Below, piece by piece: positions 45,719 to 55,665 of a stretch of DNA of 64,000 nucleotides (positions are counted from its first letter, which is position 1; every line of letters starts with the position of its first letter). The notes under the pieces were generated by a model, which saw nothing but the letters and a program-made list of their open reading frames with translations, was not told the DNA's origin and did not search any database. The stretch covers positions 62,001-126,000 of the IMG/VR virus record IMGVR_UViG_3300029267_004162. One strand, written 5' to 3'. A program made the position numbers and the translations under genes.

Positions 45719-46012
45719 TCACGTTGTAGGAGACGACTGGTGTTGAAGTTCCCTATCCCAGAGTAAAATCTCAGACAACCATTGCCATTGTTGTTTCGGA
45801 TCGAGACGATCTAAAACCGATTGCGTTATTTCGGAACAAACAACAGTAATACCGAAGGCGAGGAATTCCTTACCATCCTGGTTCTTCACAAGTGGAACCC
45901 CCTTTCTTCCACCAGCTTTTCCATACATCTCAACGAAGGTTCCAATCACATATCCCTCAGTGAAATCATTTGAGCGGACGATTACTTTTGAACCAACGAG
46001 TAGTTCCATCAT
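45719..46012 (-). CDS. Hypothetical protein
   Basis: ORF track; TAATG coupling. Confidence 0.6.
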   Translation of the reverse strand: MMELLVGSKVIVRSNDFTEGYVIGTFVEMYGKAGGRKGVPLVKNQDGKEFLAFGITVVCSEITQSVLDRLDPKQQWQWLSEILLWDRELQHQSSPTT

Positions 46013-48237
46013 TACTTCCCTGAAATTGGAATAACGCGATGGACATGTTTACCCCTCAACATCTGCTTGTCCATCTCTATCGGAGTGTGCAACCCATCTT
46101 TTTGGACCAAATAGTTCTCTGCCGGGGCAAGAACGTCCAAGCGGAATCTCCTGAACTTCCAGGTATCAATAATCTTGGGATCATCCCCATCCTGTACCGT
46201 GTTGATAATTGATTTTGAAGCCTTGACTTCTGAAGTACCAGAAAACATCTTCCATCCCTGCGGGACTACAGTTACGTCTTTAATGGGATTTTTCCTGCCA
46301 TTCAATTGATGGCTCCACCCGCGAAATAGTCCCTCAGAGAACCGGTGTTTCCTCAACCACTCGTAGGTCATCATGGTGGTTGAACCATCTTTATACCGGA
46401 TGACTACCAATGCCTTTGGTCTAATACCAACTGCGAAAGTAATTGTCTTATTCTTAGGATACACCTTTTCAAAATAATTACTCTCAACATGGGGGTAACA
46501 GACCAGGTAATTGTCCTCGGAAATCAATAATACCAAATCATCTGCATCGGATATCAGATTCACCGGACACATGGCTTCGTGAGTGGAAAAACCAGGACAC
46601 TCAAAACTGAAGTGTTGTTCCTGGTACCCATCCGAGTGTATAATGCTGAAGAACCTAGCGGCTCGAATTATATGATAATCATTCACTTTCTTCTTGGTCT
46701 TGAAGGAAGTAAACTCATCAGTCGTAGACCTCAATTTCCCATCGACTAAAACAATTCCATAGCTAATCATCCGGGTGTCTAGACCAGTTTCTTCGTTTCC
46801 ATCAAAATCCACCCCCAGAATTTTAGTTCGCCTTTCATCTCCAAATTTCTTAGTGAATTCCTTAAGTTCACGAATGATAACACCAGGAATATCTTGTAAA
46901 TCAATTTGGTAGGATTTTAGTTCCTGCAAAAACCCATCCCGTTTGTCGGTTAAAGATTGTTTGTTCCCTTTTAGGATAGAACGAATTTGACAAGTTAAGA
47001 TGTACTCAGCCTGACGCAGGTTCAATCCAATAGACTTAAGCCACTCAATGGCCGTCTTTTCTGTCCCCTGAGTAAGCTTATCCAATTCAGTTCTATTGGC
47101 GATGACAGCTAAAACTGCTTCTACCTTTTCGATTTCCCACTGAATCTTTGTAATCCAGTCCTCAAGCCGGGTTCGAACTACCCGTCGCCGGAACCGATAC
47201 CAATCTTTTAACAGCCCCTGCAGACCAGCGTACCGGATGCGAGCAGTTTTTCCATTGGCTTGGGACCGATCAAACACTGTAAATTCATAGTGTTCTTTAT
47301 ACCCTCGAAGCATGGGTTCTATTTTAGTGGACAGAACCTGGGGATCATCGGCCATAATGATCAGTTTGATAGTGGTAGTGCTTTGATCCAAGACTGAGAT
47401 AATCCCCTGCTCAGCCATTTCTTTAATTTCGGAGTTATCAATCCATTTATTAAGATTGGTACCCGGTGGGAATCCAGTAATTACTAACGCTTGGGTACCA
47501 TCATTCATGTCCTCGTAATGATAGTTAGCGTTATAATAACACGTTCCTTTGCCCTTCTTGTACAAGGCGGGTAGGATTTCTGGATTGGTAAGCACTCCAC
47601 CCGTCGATTGGTCTGGCCCCCGAAGAACTCTTAGTAAGGATTTGGTCTTAGCCTTAGGGTTCTTAACAAATAAAATGCAAGTACGACAAACATCGCGCAA
47701 GTTGTGAGAAGGAATCGACCCTGCCACCCCCACGGCTATACCAGTGTAACCGTTCAACAACAACAGAGGAACAGGAGCAGGGAGGACAGTTGGCTCTTTG
47801 TCGGTTTGATCATAGTTGTTTGCCATACGCACATACTGGATGTCTCGAAATAGTTCCCACCCAAACTCGGAGAGCTTAGCTTCTATGTACCTAAACGCTC
47901 CATGAGGTTCCCCATGAGGACTACCCCAATTCCCCTGCCCTTCGAACAGAGGGTATCTGGTTTTCCAGTGCTGTGTTAATACAGCGAGAGCTTCCCCGAT
48001 TGACAAATCCCCATGGGGGTGGTAATTACCCATGGTTTCACCGATAATCTTGGCCGATTTCCGGAAATAACCAGAGGGTCTCAAACCCAGTTTAAAAGCG
48101 GCATAAGCTACTCTACGTTGAACGGGTTTCAATCCATCTCTTACATCAGGAATAGCCCGTTCTTCGGCCACATACAAAGCGTAATCTCTTAACCCGGTTT
48201 CCACAACAGCGGTCAAGGGTTTTTGTTGGGTTTTCAA
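46012..48237 (-). CDS. gyrA: Type IIA topoisomerase subunit A (GyrA/ParC)
   Basis: RAIPDVRDGLKPVQRR, KSA..IGETMGNYHPHGD, GQGNWGS, catalytic RY; divergent C-terminal domain. Confidence 0.92.
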   Translation of the reverse strand: MKTQQKPLTAVVETGLRDYALYVAEERAIPDVRDGLKPVQRRVAYAAFKLGLRPSGYFRKSAKIIGETMGNYHPHGDLSIGEALAVLTQHWKTRYPLFEGQGNWGSPHGEPHGAFRYIEAKLSEFGWELFRDIQYVRMANNYDQTDKEPTVLPAPVPLLLLNGYTGIAVGVAGSIPSHNLRDVCRTCILFVKNPKAKTKSLLRVLRGPDQSTGGVLTNPEILPALYKKGKGTCYYNANYHYEDMNDGTQALVITGFPPGTNLNKWIDNSEIKEMAEQGIISVLDQSTTTIKLIIMADDPQVLSTKIEPMLRGYKEHYEFTVFDRSQANGKTARIRYAGLQGLLKDWYRFRRRVVRTRLEDWITKIQWEIEKVEAVLAVIANRTELDKLTQGTEKTAIEWLKSIGLNLRQAEYILTCQIRSILKGNKQSLTDKRDGFLQELKSYQIDLQDIPGVIIRELKEFTKKFGDERRTKILGVDFDGNEETGLDTRMISYGIVLVDGKLRSTTDEFTSFKTKKKVNDYHIIRAARFFSIIHSDGYQEQHFSFECPGFSTHEAMCPVNLISDADDLVLLISEDNYLVCYPHVESNYFEKVYPKNKTITFAVGIRPKALVVIRYKDGSTTMMTYEWLRKHRFSEGLFRGWSHQLNGRKNPIKDVTVVPQGWKMFSGTSEVKASKSIINTVQDGDDPKIIDTWKFRRFRLDVLAPAENYLVQKDGLHTPIEMDKQMLRGKHVHRVIPISGK

Positions 48238-48291
48238 TTTCTCTGCCTTACCTGTGTTGTTGTTTTTCTCTCTCTTTTAATAACGAAATTC

Positions 48292-48975
48292 CTAGCCCGC
48301 ACGCCAAAGGGAGCCGTGTTTGAAAGGTCGTTTCAAAAACTCCGGAAAAAGACCTTGACCGAATAATATCCGATGGAAACACTCTGCTTCCATCTTAGCC
48401 CCGGTCAAAGCATTGTGGGGACGCGGTTCTGGACTCAAACCACACCAGGTAATTGTATCGTTGGAGTTGATATCGCTTCGATCTCCACGAAGAGGAATTC
48501 TTTGACCCAACCCTCTTCGAATTACATAGGAAGTGGAATGCAGATCAACTGATCTATAACCCGTGTGAAAACGCAGCCCACAACGAGTCATGGCATTCAT
48601 CATGAATTCAATATCGAACATAGGGTTTTCACCCGCGATAGTACGATCTTTTATAGGTTGAACCCATTCTATGAAGTGTTCGAGAACATCCTGTAGGAGA
48701 GGCAACTGAGGACTTCTGATCTGCTTTATTGTGAATCCGTTGATTTTCATCGCCTCTTTTGTAATCTCAACCGGACCCGAATACAAGTGGGGTGATTTGT
48801 ATTTTTGTACTATTCCTGGAATGGGCTCAGGCTTTGGAACGGGTTCCCACACTTCAGGAACCCGAACCTCTGCGTAGAAGAGACGGGAGGGGTTTTCAAA
48901 ATCTACCGCACCTATTGAGACCATGGCGCATTTTTGCCGATCTACTCCAGTCGTCTCCACATCAAGCACAATCAT
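48292..48975 (-). CDS. DEDDh 3'-5' exonuclease (DnaQ-like)
   Basis: LDVETTG, GENPMFD, HNALTGA; start moved to MIVLD. Confidence 0.85.
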   Translation of the reverse strand: MIVLDVETTGVDRQKCAMVSIGAVDFENPSRLFYAEVRVPEVWEPVPKPEPIPGIVQKYKSPHLYSGPVEITKEAMKINGFTIKQIRSPQLPLLQDVLEHFIEWVQPIKDRTIAGENPMFDIEFMMNAMTRCGLRFHTGYRSVDLHSTSYVIRRGLGQRIPLRGDRSDINSNDTITWCGLSPEPRPHNALTGAKMEAECFHRILFGQGLFPEFLKRPFKHGSLWRAG

Positions 48976-48976
48976 G

Positions 48977-49333
48977 TTATAGCTTCCACCAAAGACCTTC
49001 CCCGTCAATGCGCATCACAGTCGCCGTTCCTTCCAACCCAGAGACAGTGCTTAATTCAAAAGTGTCTCCTGAGTTAAGACCTTCCATTGCAAAATTAGGT
49101 TTAGTGAGGACTCCACGAGTTACTAAAGACGTGGGATAACGAAGCGATCCACAATTCAAACAACGATTCTCTATGATAGCGACATGTTCACAACCTCTGG
49201 CTGGCGCTCCCGCCACTTGCCCAGGACATTTAATCCATTTGTAAAGAAGATATGACCAGTAACGACCTTGCGGAAATGTGCCTGTTGCTACAATCATGTT
49301 GCACCTCTCATCGTATGAGTAGTTAGGATGCAA
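48977..49333 (-). CDS. Hypothetical protein with Cys cluster
   Basis: ORF track. Confidence 0.5.
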   Translation of the reverse strand: MHPNYSYDERCNMIVATGTFPQGRYWSYLLYKWIKCPGQVAGAPARGCEHVAIIENRCLNCGSLRYPTSLVTRGVLTKPNFAMEGLNSGDTFELSTVSGLEGTATVMRIDGEGLWWKL

Positions 49334-49652
49334 TTTTCTCTAAGGTCGCATCCATAGAACCCTGACATCCCAAAACACGATCATCAGCCCCATAGGAAGT
49401 GATTTGATCTTTCTTCCACTCGGCTTTTTCAAAGTGACTACGATAGACAGCCGCTTTACCGGTCTCATCCACTAGCTTCGCTAGTTGAAAAGCTTCTTCC
49501 CTACTGTGACCACAGGTTTCAGCCAGCATCCGAACCACATACTCATACGTGTGGTAGTCATCGTTCCACAGGATAACGGTCCATTCGGGAGATAACTGGG
49601 TTTCAACAACGGGAACGGGAGCGAGAGTGGGGGTGGCGGCTGATGAAGTCAT
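49323..49652 (-). CDS. clpS: ClpS N-end-rule adaptor
   Basis: VILWNDDYHTYEYVVRML...EEAFQLA..VDETGKAAV. Confidence 0.9.
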   Translation of the reverse strand: MTSSAATPTLAPVPVVETQLSPEWTVILWNDDYHTYEYVVRMLAETCGHSREEAFQLAKLVDETGKAAVYRSHFEKAEWKKDQITSYGADDRVLGCQGSMDATLEKIAS

Positions 49653-50737
49653 TTGATTCTCTCCAACATTGACATAGGCTTATCTTGAGCCCACACCTCC
49701 AGGAAATAGGTCAACACGAAGATGCTGAAACCATTTCTCTCGAAGTGATAATGAGCGGCGTGAAACAGACTGTTTAGCTCAATCAGAGTACCCACCCCAG
49801 CTTTGGGGAAATAGGCCTTTTCTTTGTCTTTCTTGGTGCCATGACACTGGCGGTTAATTTCTGCTCGTAGGATTATCAAGATAGTTCGAATCACCCGAAC
49901 CGGATCTTCCAGGATGCCTTTACATACGTCGTAGAGTTCTTGATTGCTCTTAGTCAAGAAAGCAACAATTACTGCCCGCGATTTGGCTTGATCGTAATAC
50001 CCTGAACTATCCAGGATTGCTTTGGTCTTGACTGTCTTCCCACCCGAATACAACCAGCAAGTCTCCAACAACTGCAAGGCGTCCCTGCAGTGACCGCGAG
50101 ACAGGGTAACGATCATCCTGACCGCTTCCTTAGTTATCTTGATCTTCTCTTTAGCGGCGATCTTAGAAATGTGAGCCATCAAGTCTTCTTCATTCAGAGT
50201 ATTGATCTGAATGGGGATAGCCCGAGATTTGATGGTGTCTAGAACTTGGTGGGCTTCCGTGGTACATAGTACGAAAACATCACTGGTTTTTCTTCCACCA
50301 CGTTCTTCTTCAAAGACCTTTAGTAGTGCAGCAGCCCCATCTTTGGTCAAGGCATGACATTCATCCAAAACGACGATTCTTTTGGGCCACCGGCATTTAA
50401 AATTCAACTTGGCCTTGAGGTCCCGAACATCATCGATACCTCGATTAGAAGCGGCGTCTATTTCGAGCAGCCCATCTGAAGCATCTCGATCTACTGCCTT
50501 ACAATGATCACACTTTCCACAAGCAACCAGTGGACCCTTATCGCAATTCAAATAGCGAGCCAACAGACGAGCACTGGTAGTCTTTCCGCTTCCGTGACTA
50601 CCATAGAACAAGAACATTCTAGGTAAATCGTCGAACTCAGCATACCTGCTGAGGACACCCTTTAGGATTTTCTGTACATGTGGTTGCCCGGCCAGATCAT
50701 CTATTGTTTTTGGTCTGTAATCAAGTGCTAATGGCAT
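49649..50737 (-). CDS. dnaX: DNA polymerase III gamma/tau clamp-loader subunit
   Basis: YRP, GSHGSGKTT, CGKCDHC, EIDAASNRGIDDVR, LDECH, TIKSR, GHCRDA. Confidence 0.92.
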   Translation of the reverse strand: MPLALDYRPKTIDDLAGQPHVQKILKGVLSRYAEFDDLPRMFLFYGSHGSGKTTSARLLARYLNCDKGPLVACGKCDHCKAVDRDASDGLLEIDAASNRGIDDVRDLKAKLNFKCRWPKRIVVLDECHALTKDGAAALLKVFEEERGGRKTSDVFVLCTTEAHQVLDTIKSRAIPIQINTLNEEDLMAHISKIAAKEKIKITKEAVRMIVTLSRGHCRDALQLLETCWLYSGGKTVKTKAILDSSGYYDQAKSRAVIVAFLTKSNQELYDVCKGILEDPVRVIRTILIILRAEINRQCHGTKKDKEKAYFPKAGVGTLIELNSLFHAAHYHFERNGFSIFVLTYFLEVWAQDKPMSMLERIK

Positions 50738-50762
50738 CGCTCCTCCTCCTCAGTCTATCCGA

Positions 50763-51173
50763 TTATGTTTGAAGCTCGGGGAAGATACAGAATCCTGCTT
50801 TGAGAAGGTCATTCTGTGTAGCAGAGACCCCCGACTCTATAATTGCGTGATCTAAATGCACGTGGATTTCATGTTGTGAATCTTGCCAAGTTACGGAAGA
50901 TATTTCACAAAACACAACTACCCCAAGCGATTCAAAGGCGATTAACGTTTCTTCGTTTGGAAATCCAGGTAACGTCCCTTCTTTAGCCAATAGTATTCCA
51001 CCGGATTCAACGAGATACAAACATTTTACCACTGGTTGCTGCTTTTCAATTTGTCGGGTTTGCACCATAGGTGTCTTTTGAATTAGCGGCAAGAATGTCA
51101 AAAACAGTATGACGATGATGCCGACTACGATTAGAACTTCAACAAAGGACATTCCCTTTACCATTACTTTCAT
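50763..51173 (-). CDS. Prepilin-type N-terminal cleavage/methylation protein
   Basis: KG|MSFVEVLIVVGIIVILF: Gly-1, Glu+5 and hydrophobic helix. Confidence 0.65.
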   Translation of the reverse strand: MKVMVKGMSFVEVLIVVGIIVILFLTFLPLIQKTPMVQTRQIEKQQPVVKCLYLVESGGILLAKEGTLPGFPNEETLIAFESLGVVVFCEISSVTWQDSQHEIHVHLDHAIIESGVSATQNDLLKAGFCIFPELQT

Positions 51174-52216
51174 CTATTCTCCTTGCAATCCGCCACGCAA
51201 GACACGTCTACTTCCAGGGCCGTGCATAGCCTGTCCTTTAGCGTAGCTAAGTTTACACCATAGTGGGCGGCTAACTCTTGTATCGAGTCCTGCCTTCCAC
51301 CAGTGTGTTCTAGGGGAAATGCCAGCCGCCCGTTGATCACATCACACAAGAATTTATTCTCTGGGGAATTGGCTCCAAATTGACCACGAAGTTCATCGAT
51401 CATATCGACTATTCTAAAACCTTCTTCAGCGGTAGAAGGGAGAATCTGACTATGGGTACACTGTTCTTGTGGTGAGTGAGTGGCATCGATTGATTGAGTT
51501 CGAACGCGGAATCCATTTGATCTACTATAGGTATGGTAAGACCGTTTAACAGCACTGTAATAACGCGCCCGATCACACATATGAGAGTTAGCTACAAAAG
51601 TGATGATTTTTTGACCTTCGGTCATTCCCGCCCAGTGCCGCCAAAACAAATTAACGACTGCTTTATACCGAATTTCTCCTATGAAATCATCGGCACAACA
51701 ATACATATCAATCAAATATTTGTATTTATGACCCCGACAAAGGGACATGGTGATCTGAGTTATATATGGGTCATACCGGGTAACCAAATCATGATAAGTG
51801 GGAGCCGGTTGAATCATCATCTCAGGATCGGGGTAGTAGAGAATCTTGGGACAACCCTGCTTTACCCACCAGTGGGCAAGGATATCGAAATCTTGAGGTT
51901 TGGCTTGGAAAAACCGTACGGCCCGCGAAGGGGTCATGGATTCATAATAGAAGACAGCAAAAAAAGCCATACTGGCCCGGAGAGATGACTCAGAAGTGGT
52001 GATACCCCTCTTAAAATCACTGGTAGATTCCCAGACCACCCCATTCTTACCAAGAAATTTGCTCCTTAGGTTAGCAAAGCGGACCCCAGTTTGTCCTAGT
52101 CCACACGCCTCGCAAAACATTAGATTGACAAATTTTTGGATCTCACCCCTAGGGGCCGCCCCCACCACTTCTGCCCTAAATTTCCGCAACGCCTGGACGA
52201 TCAAGGTAACCCTCAC
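51170..52216 (-). CDS. Putative phage sigma-factor-like protein
   Basis: YDPYITQI...ADDFIGE...DRARYY..VKR (region 2-like) and SIQELAAHYGVNLATLKDRL (region 4 HTH); preceded by a consensus promoter. Confidence 0.45.
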   Translation of the reverse strand: MRVTLIVQALRKFRAEVVGAAPRGEIQKFVNLMFCEACGLGQTGVRFANLRSKFLGKNGVVWESTSDFKRGITTSESSLRASMAFFAVFYYESMTPSRAVRFFQAKPQDFDILAHWWVKQGCPKILYYPDPEMMIQPAPTYHDLVTRYDPYITQITMSLCRGHKYKYLIDMYCCADDFIGEIRYKAVVNLFWRHWAGMTEGQKIITFVANSHMCDRARYYSAVKRSYHTYSRSNGFRVRTQSIDATHSPQEQCTHSQILPSTAEEGFRIVDMIDELRGQFGANSPENKFLCDVINGRLAFPLEHTGGRQDSIQELAAHYGVNLATLKDRLCTALEVDVSCVADCKENR

Positions 52217-52254
52217 TTTCGCCTTGGCTCTGATTTATCCCTTACTCCATCCCC

Positions 52255-52283
52255 ATTATATCAGATGGGAACCCTTTTGTCAA
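52255..52283 (-). promoter_or_regulatory. Consensus sigma70 promoter with extended -10
   Basis: TTGACA-AAAGGGTTCCCATCTGA(17)-TATAAT. Confidence 0.9.
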
Positions 52284-53205
52284 GTAGTCTAGACAACTTC
52301 TTTGAGACTTCTTGTAGGATTTCTTGGGTACCCTCAGTTGGCTCATTTCCTAGGAGGATTTCTTCCCACAATGGGCTGGAAAGAGCGTCCAAAACACCTC
52401 CGGGGAGCTGCCTCCCTGGACGACCACTAAACATCCGGGGAGTGCCTTCCACAGTCGAGGCGCCGCAGAATACTAACACTTCGCCGTACATCTTCATGTC
52501 TAAACCCAAAGAAGTGGCTTGGTCTTGAAAAGTTTGGTGTAATTTTTTAACCCCCTGTACTAAATCCCGAATTGGAATTAAGAATTTCCGCTCTAACATG
52601 ATACAGGGTGAAGGCTGATCCGTGGTGATTGATTCTGGTATAAGGGTGGGTTCTATCCCTAAGATAGATTGGATCAATCCAGATTCAGCAGACCCAAGGA
52701 ATTGAATGGCTTCTTCATAGTGGTGTCTGGCTTCCCCAGCGGTTATGTTTAAAGCAGTAGCTATGGATTCAATGGACCGATGTTCATCAATATCACAATG
52801 TGATGCTTTGTATTTGGTATAGCCCGGACATTCCGTTTTCTGACATGGGGTTATCATGATAATTTCCCCAAGGGGAGGACAAAAAAACCATTCTTCTCTT
52901 GGTAAAATACTCTGCCCGATTTTTACCAAGTATTTGCATAATCTAGGATAGTATTCGTAAAGAGAAGACACTGTCTCTGCAACACTTGGAGTCAATTCAT
53001 CTAGAAAATCAAAGAATTCATCCGAGAATAAAGCCCAGAAATCATATTTGTACAATTTACTTTTGGGGATAGTCAGAGAGGGTAAATCATATGTTTTTGC
53101 GATCTGATTGAAAGCTCGCATGTCCAAGTTGATCAGACACATGAAGACAAGAATATCTAGACGATTTCCAGGTACGTCATACTTTTTATACAGATCATCA
53201 AACAC
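52261..53205 (-). CDS. Hypothetical protein with sigma region 4-like HTH
   Basis: SIESIATALNITAGEARHHYEEAIQFL preceded by a Cys cluster. Confidence 0.6.
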   Translation of the reverse strand: MFDDLYKKYDVPGNRLDILVFMCLINLDMRAFNQIAKTYDLPSLTIPKSKLYKYDFWALFSDEFFDFLDELTPSVAETVSSLYEYYPRLCKYLVKIGQSILPREEWFFCPPLGEIIMITPCQKTECPGYTKYKASHCDIDEHRSIESIATALNITAGEARHHYEEAIQFLGSAESGLIQSILGIEPTLIPESITTDQPSPCIMLERKFLIPIRDLVQGVKKLHQTFQDQATSLGLDMKMYGEVLVFCGASTVEGTPRMFSGRPGRQLPGGVLDALSSPLWEEILLGNEPTEGTQEILQEVSKKLSRLLDKRVPI

Positions 53206-53208
53206 CGA

Positions 53209-54012
53209 TCACCTCGTACTGGTTGTTCCACTTTTCAGAATACGAAATGGAGGGGTTGTTATGCCCTTTGGATAATACCGCGAGAGAATAGAATAGAATT
53301 GATCTTCATCAGCGTCCCCCTCAATTCTTTCCCCGCCCTTAGAGGTAGTCATTGTGAATGTACCCACATCGGGGTGTTGTATCTCGATTATGCCATCGAA
53401 GAAAACGATGGTTGTGTTTTCTATGGCCATGTCGGCGATATGAATGGCCAGGGGTACCATATCATCAGGGAAGAGTCCAATGATACGGTAGATTCCAAGA
53501 GAGAGCGTTTCAATCCCTGAGCCTAGTTGCTTTTCTCCCTGCGGTCCAACCACCTGAGAGTGAGAAGCAAATGCACGGGTAAACCGGCGGGAAGGAAAAG
53601 TGGTGCCATCCTCTCGAATAGGCTCCACCAGTTTAAAGCTCTCTTCCAACTCGGCATCCGTAATATCTGGCTCGTAAAACCGGGCTCTGAGTTCTTCACT
53701 ATCAGTGGAGTAAAGATCATACTGAATCGTCACTTCAGGAATTTCTTGATCAGGTTCAAGTGGAACTCGATCAAGTGTACAACGATAAATCTGCACCCCC
53801 TTATCGTCGGTGGTTCTTCCAACTGATACACGATAGGTCGGCACCAAGCAATACTCAATTATCTTCTTGAGTAAATGAGCGGGGTTATCCTCCACCACCC
53901 TTGCTTCTGAACGGCTCAGAATCATTCCAGAATCCGTCAACAACCATGGAACTAAAATCATTGCATTTCCTACCCTATAGAGAGATAAACCCGACAGATT
54001 TATACCATTCAA
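53209..54012 (-). CDS. Hypothetical protein (start uncertain)
   Basis: 267-aa ORF. Confidence 0.6.
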   Translation of the reverse strand: MNGINLSGLSLYRVGNAMILVPWLLTDSGMILSRSEARVVEDNPAHLLKKIIEYCLVPTYRVSVGRTTDDKGVQIYRCTLDRVPLEPDQEIPEVTIQYDLYSTDSEELRARFYEPDITDAELEESFKLVEPIREDGTTFPSRRFTRAFASHSQVVGPQGEKQLGSGIETLSLGIYRIIGLFPDDMVPLAIHIADMAIENTTIVFFDGIIEIQHPDVGTFTMTTSKGGERIEGDADEDQFYSILSRYYPKGITTPPFRILKSGTTSTR

Positions 54013-54976
54013 CAGTAGAGATAACTCCTGCTGAGAGGGGCGTCTTTGGTTGATACCCCAATTGAAGTTTAGCTTTACTAATGTCGGCTATGTAATAAGT
54101 TACTTCACCACGAAGAGGATCAGTGAACGTAACGACTGGTTCTTTACCAATGGAGAGACTAAGTAAATTCACCAGATCCCACAAGGTACTACCCCGCCCA
54201 TAGGCAAGGTTGAACGTAGCACCAACTACAGTGCCATGTCTTTTATGATTGGCCAGAAGTGCTCGCATTGCTCTGGTCAACCCATCAATGGCGTCATCGA
54301 TGTAAGTAAAGTCCAAAGTCTTGTTTTTTCCAAAGACTTCGATTGGTTCTCCCTTACTAATTCTCTTAGCAAAGAGGGGGATAACTCGTTCCATTCGTTC
54401 TAAGTCATTGTCATATCGACCATAGACGTTACTGAAACGAACGATAACAAAAGGCAGATCGTAACTCTTATGACAAGCATGGAGCATAGCCTCTCCAGCT
54501 AGTTTGGTAGCCGAGTAGGGACTTTCCTGAGCTTGAATATGAGCGTCGTCTTCCCGAACAGACCTCACTTCAAATTCTGGCTTATTTCCATACACCTCCC
54601 GGGAACTAGCAAAGACAACCGGCGTGTTATGACGACGACACGCCTCGGCCACCCGATAAATAGACATGAAATTAGACACTGCTCTATCAGGATATTCTAC
54701 TAATTCGTGAACTTTGGCATACGCGGCTAAATGAATCACCACGTCAGCCCATTCCATTAGGGGGCTGAGATCAAAAGAGGACTCAGCAATATCGCCTCTG
54801 TAAAAATCTTTTACGACAGCGGATTGGGATAAATCCCACCAAGGAAAACTGTTTTTATCGATACCAATAGCCTGGTATTTCTCCGGACCTTGTTGTTCCA
54901 ACCACCGAATAAGGTTACTACCAATTTGCCCGCTAGCCCCGGTTATCACTACTTTAGTTGGTTCCACTACATTCAC
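53975..54976 (-). CDS. NAD-dependent nucleotide-sugar epimerase/dehydratase (extended SDR)
   Basis: ITGASGQIG, SSREVYG, PYSATK (YxxxK), RFSNVYG, DFTYIDD; start approximate. Confidence 0.9.
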   Translation of the reverse strand: MNVVEPTKVVITGASGQIGSNLIRWLEQQGPEKYQAIGIDKNSFPWWDLSQSAVVKDFYRGDIAESSFDLSPLMEWADVVIHLAAYAKVHELVEYPDRAVSNFMSIYRVAEACRRHNTPVVFASSREVYGNKPEFEVRSVREDDAHIQAQESPYSATKLAGEAMLHACHKSYDLPFVIVRFSNVYGRYDNDLERMERVIPLFAKRISKGEPIEVFGKNKTLDFTYIDDAIDGLTRAMRALLANHKRHGTVVGATFNLAYGRGSTLWDLVNLLSLSIGKEPVVTFTDPLRGEVTYYIADISKAKLQLGYQPKTPLSAGVISTVEWYKSVGFISL

Positions 54977-54978
54977 CC

Positions 54979-55644
54979 TTAAATAGCGCCCCATTTTTGT
55001 AAGCGAACAAACGCATATAAAGCAATGCAACCGGCATCAGCTTCGTGATCCGTTTGGGCTTCAGGAAAGTAATCTCTACTAGTCATTTCATATTGATTTA
55101 GGATCACTGTCTTCCACATAGCGGCTGTGAAGACATCGACAGGTCTTTTAGAAGTGGCTACTATCGCACCAATTAACAGATTAATTGGTTCAATGTCCCC
55201 CGTTGCTTTACCCCGCTTAGAATATCGTTCGATAGCCAATAACTGCGGATTTTGAGCAGTGTGTTTAACACACTTTTTTAACTCTTCCTGGACAACCCGA
55301 AAACCATCATGACAAATGCTTTTCTTAAATTTTTTAGTGGTCTTTAATAAGCCAGAAGCCAAACTCCGGTATTGGTCACTTTCGAAATCCGTGACCTCAA
55401 CCATGTGCCAACCAAAATGTTTAGTACCAGGATCCAATCCCAGAATAATCGTAGGCACCAAAAATTCAACACCTTCCCATAAACCGCGAGAAGGTTGTTC
55501 AGAAGGGGCTGGAAGGTTTAACTCTGATTGCGACTTCGTTTTCTTCTTTACCTTCCCCATGTTACCTTTCTTTTTGGCGAGTTTTTTTGCAGTAAGTTTC
55601 TTTCTTGGTTTGTCTAATTTGTCCTTCGCACCCTGTGGTGGCAC
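54979..55644 (-). CDS. RuvC-like Holliday junction resolvase
   Basis: ILGLDPGTKHFG, LAIE, DHEADA; Lys-rich N-terminal extension. Confidence 0.8.
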   Translation of the reverse strand: MPPQGAKDKLDKPRKKLTAKKLAKKKGNMGKVKKKTKSQSELNLPAPSEQPSRGLWEGVEFLVPTIILGLDPGTKHFGWHMVEVTDFESDQYRSLASGLLKTTKKFKKSICHDGFRVVQEELKKCVKHTAQNPQLLAIERYSKRGKATGDIEPINLLIGAIVATSKRPVDVFTAAMWKTVILNQYEMTSRDYFPEAQTDHEADAGCIALYAFVRLQKWGAI

Positions 55645-55665
55645 TCTACACCTCGATTACCCAGA

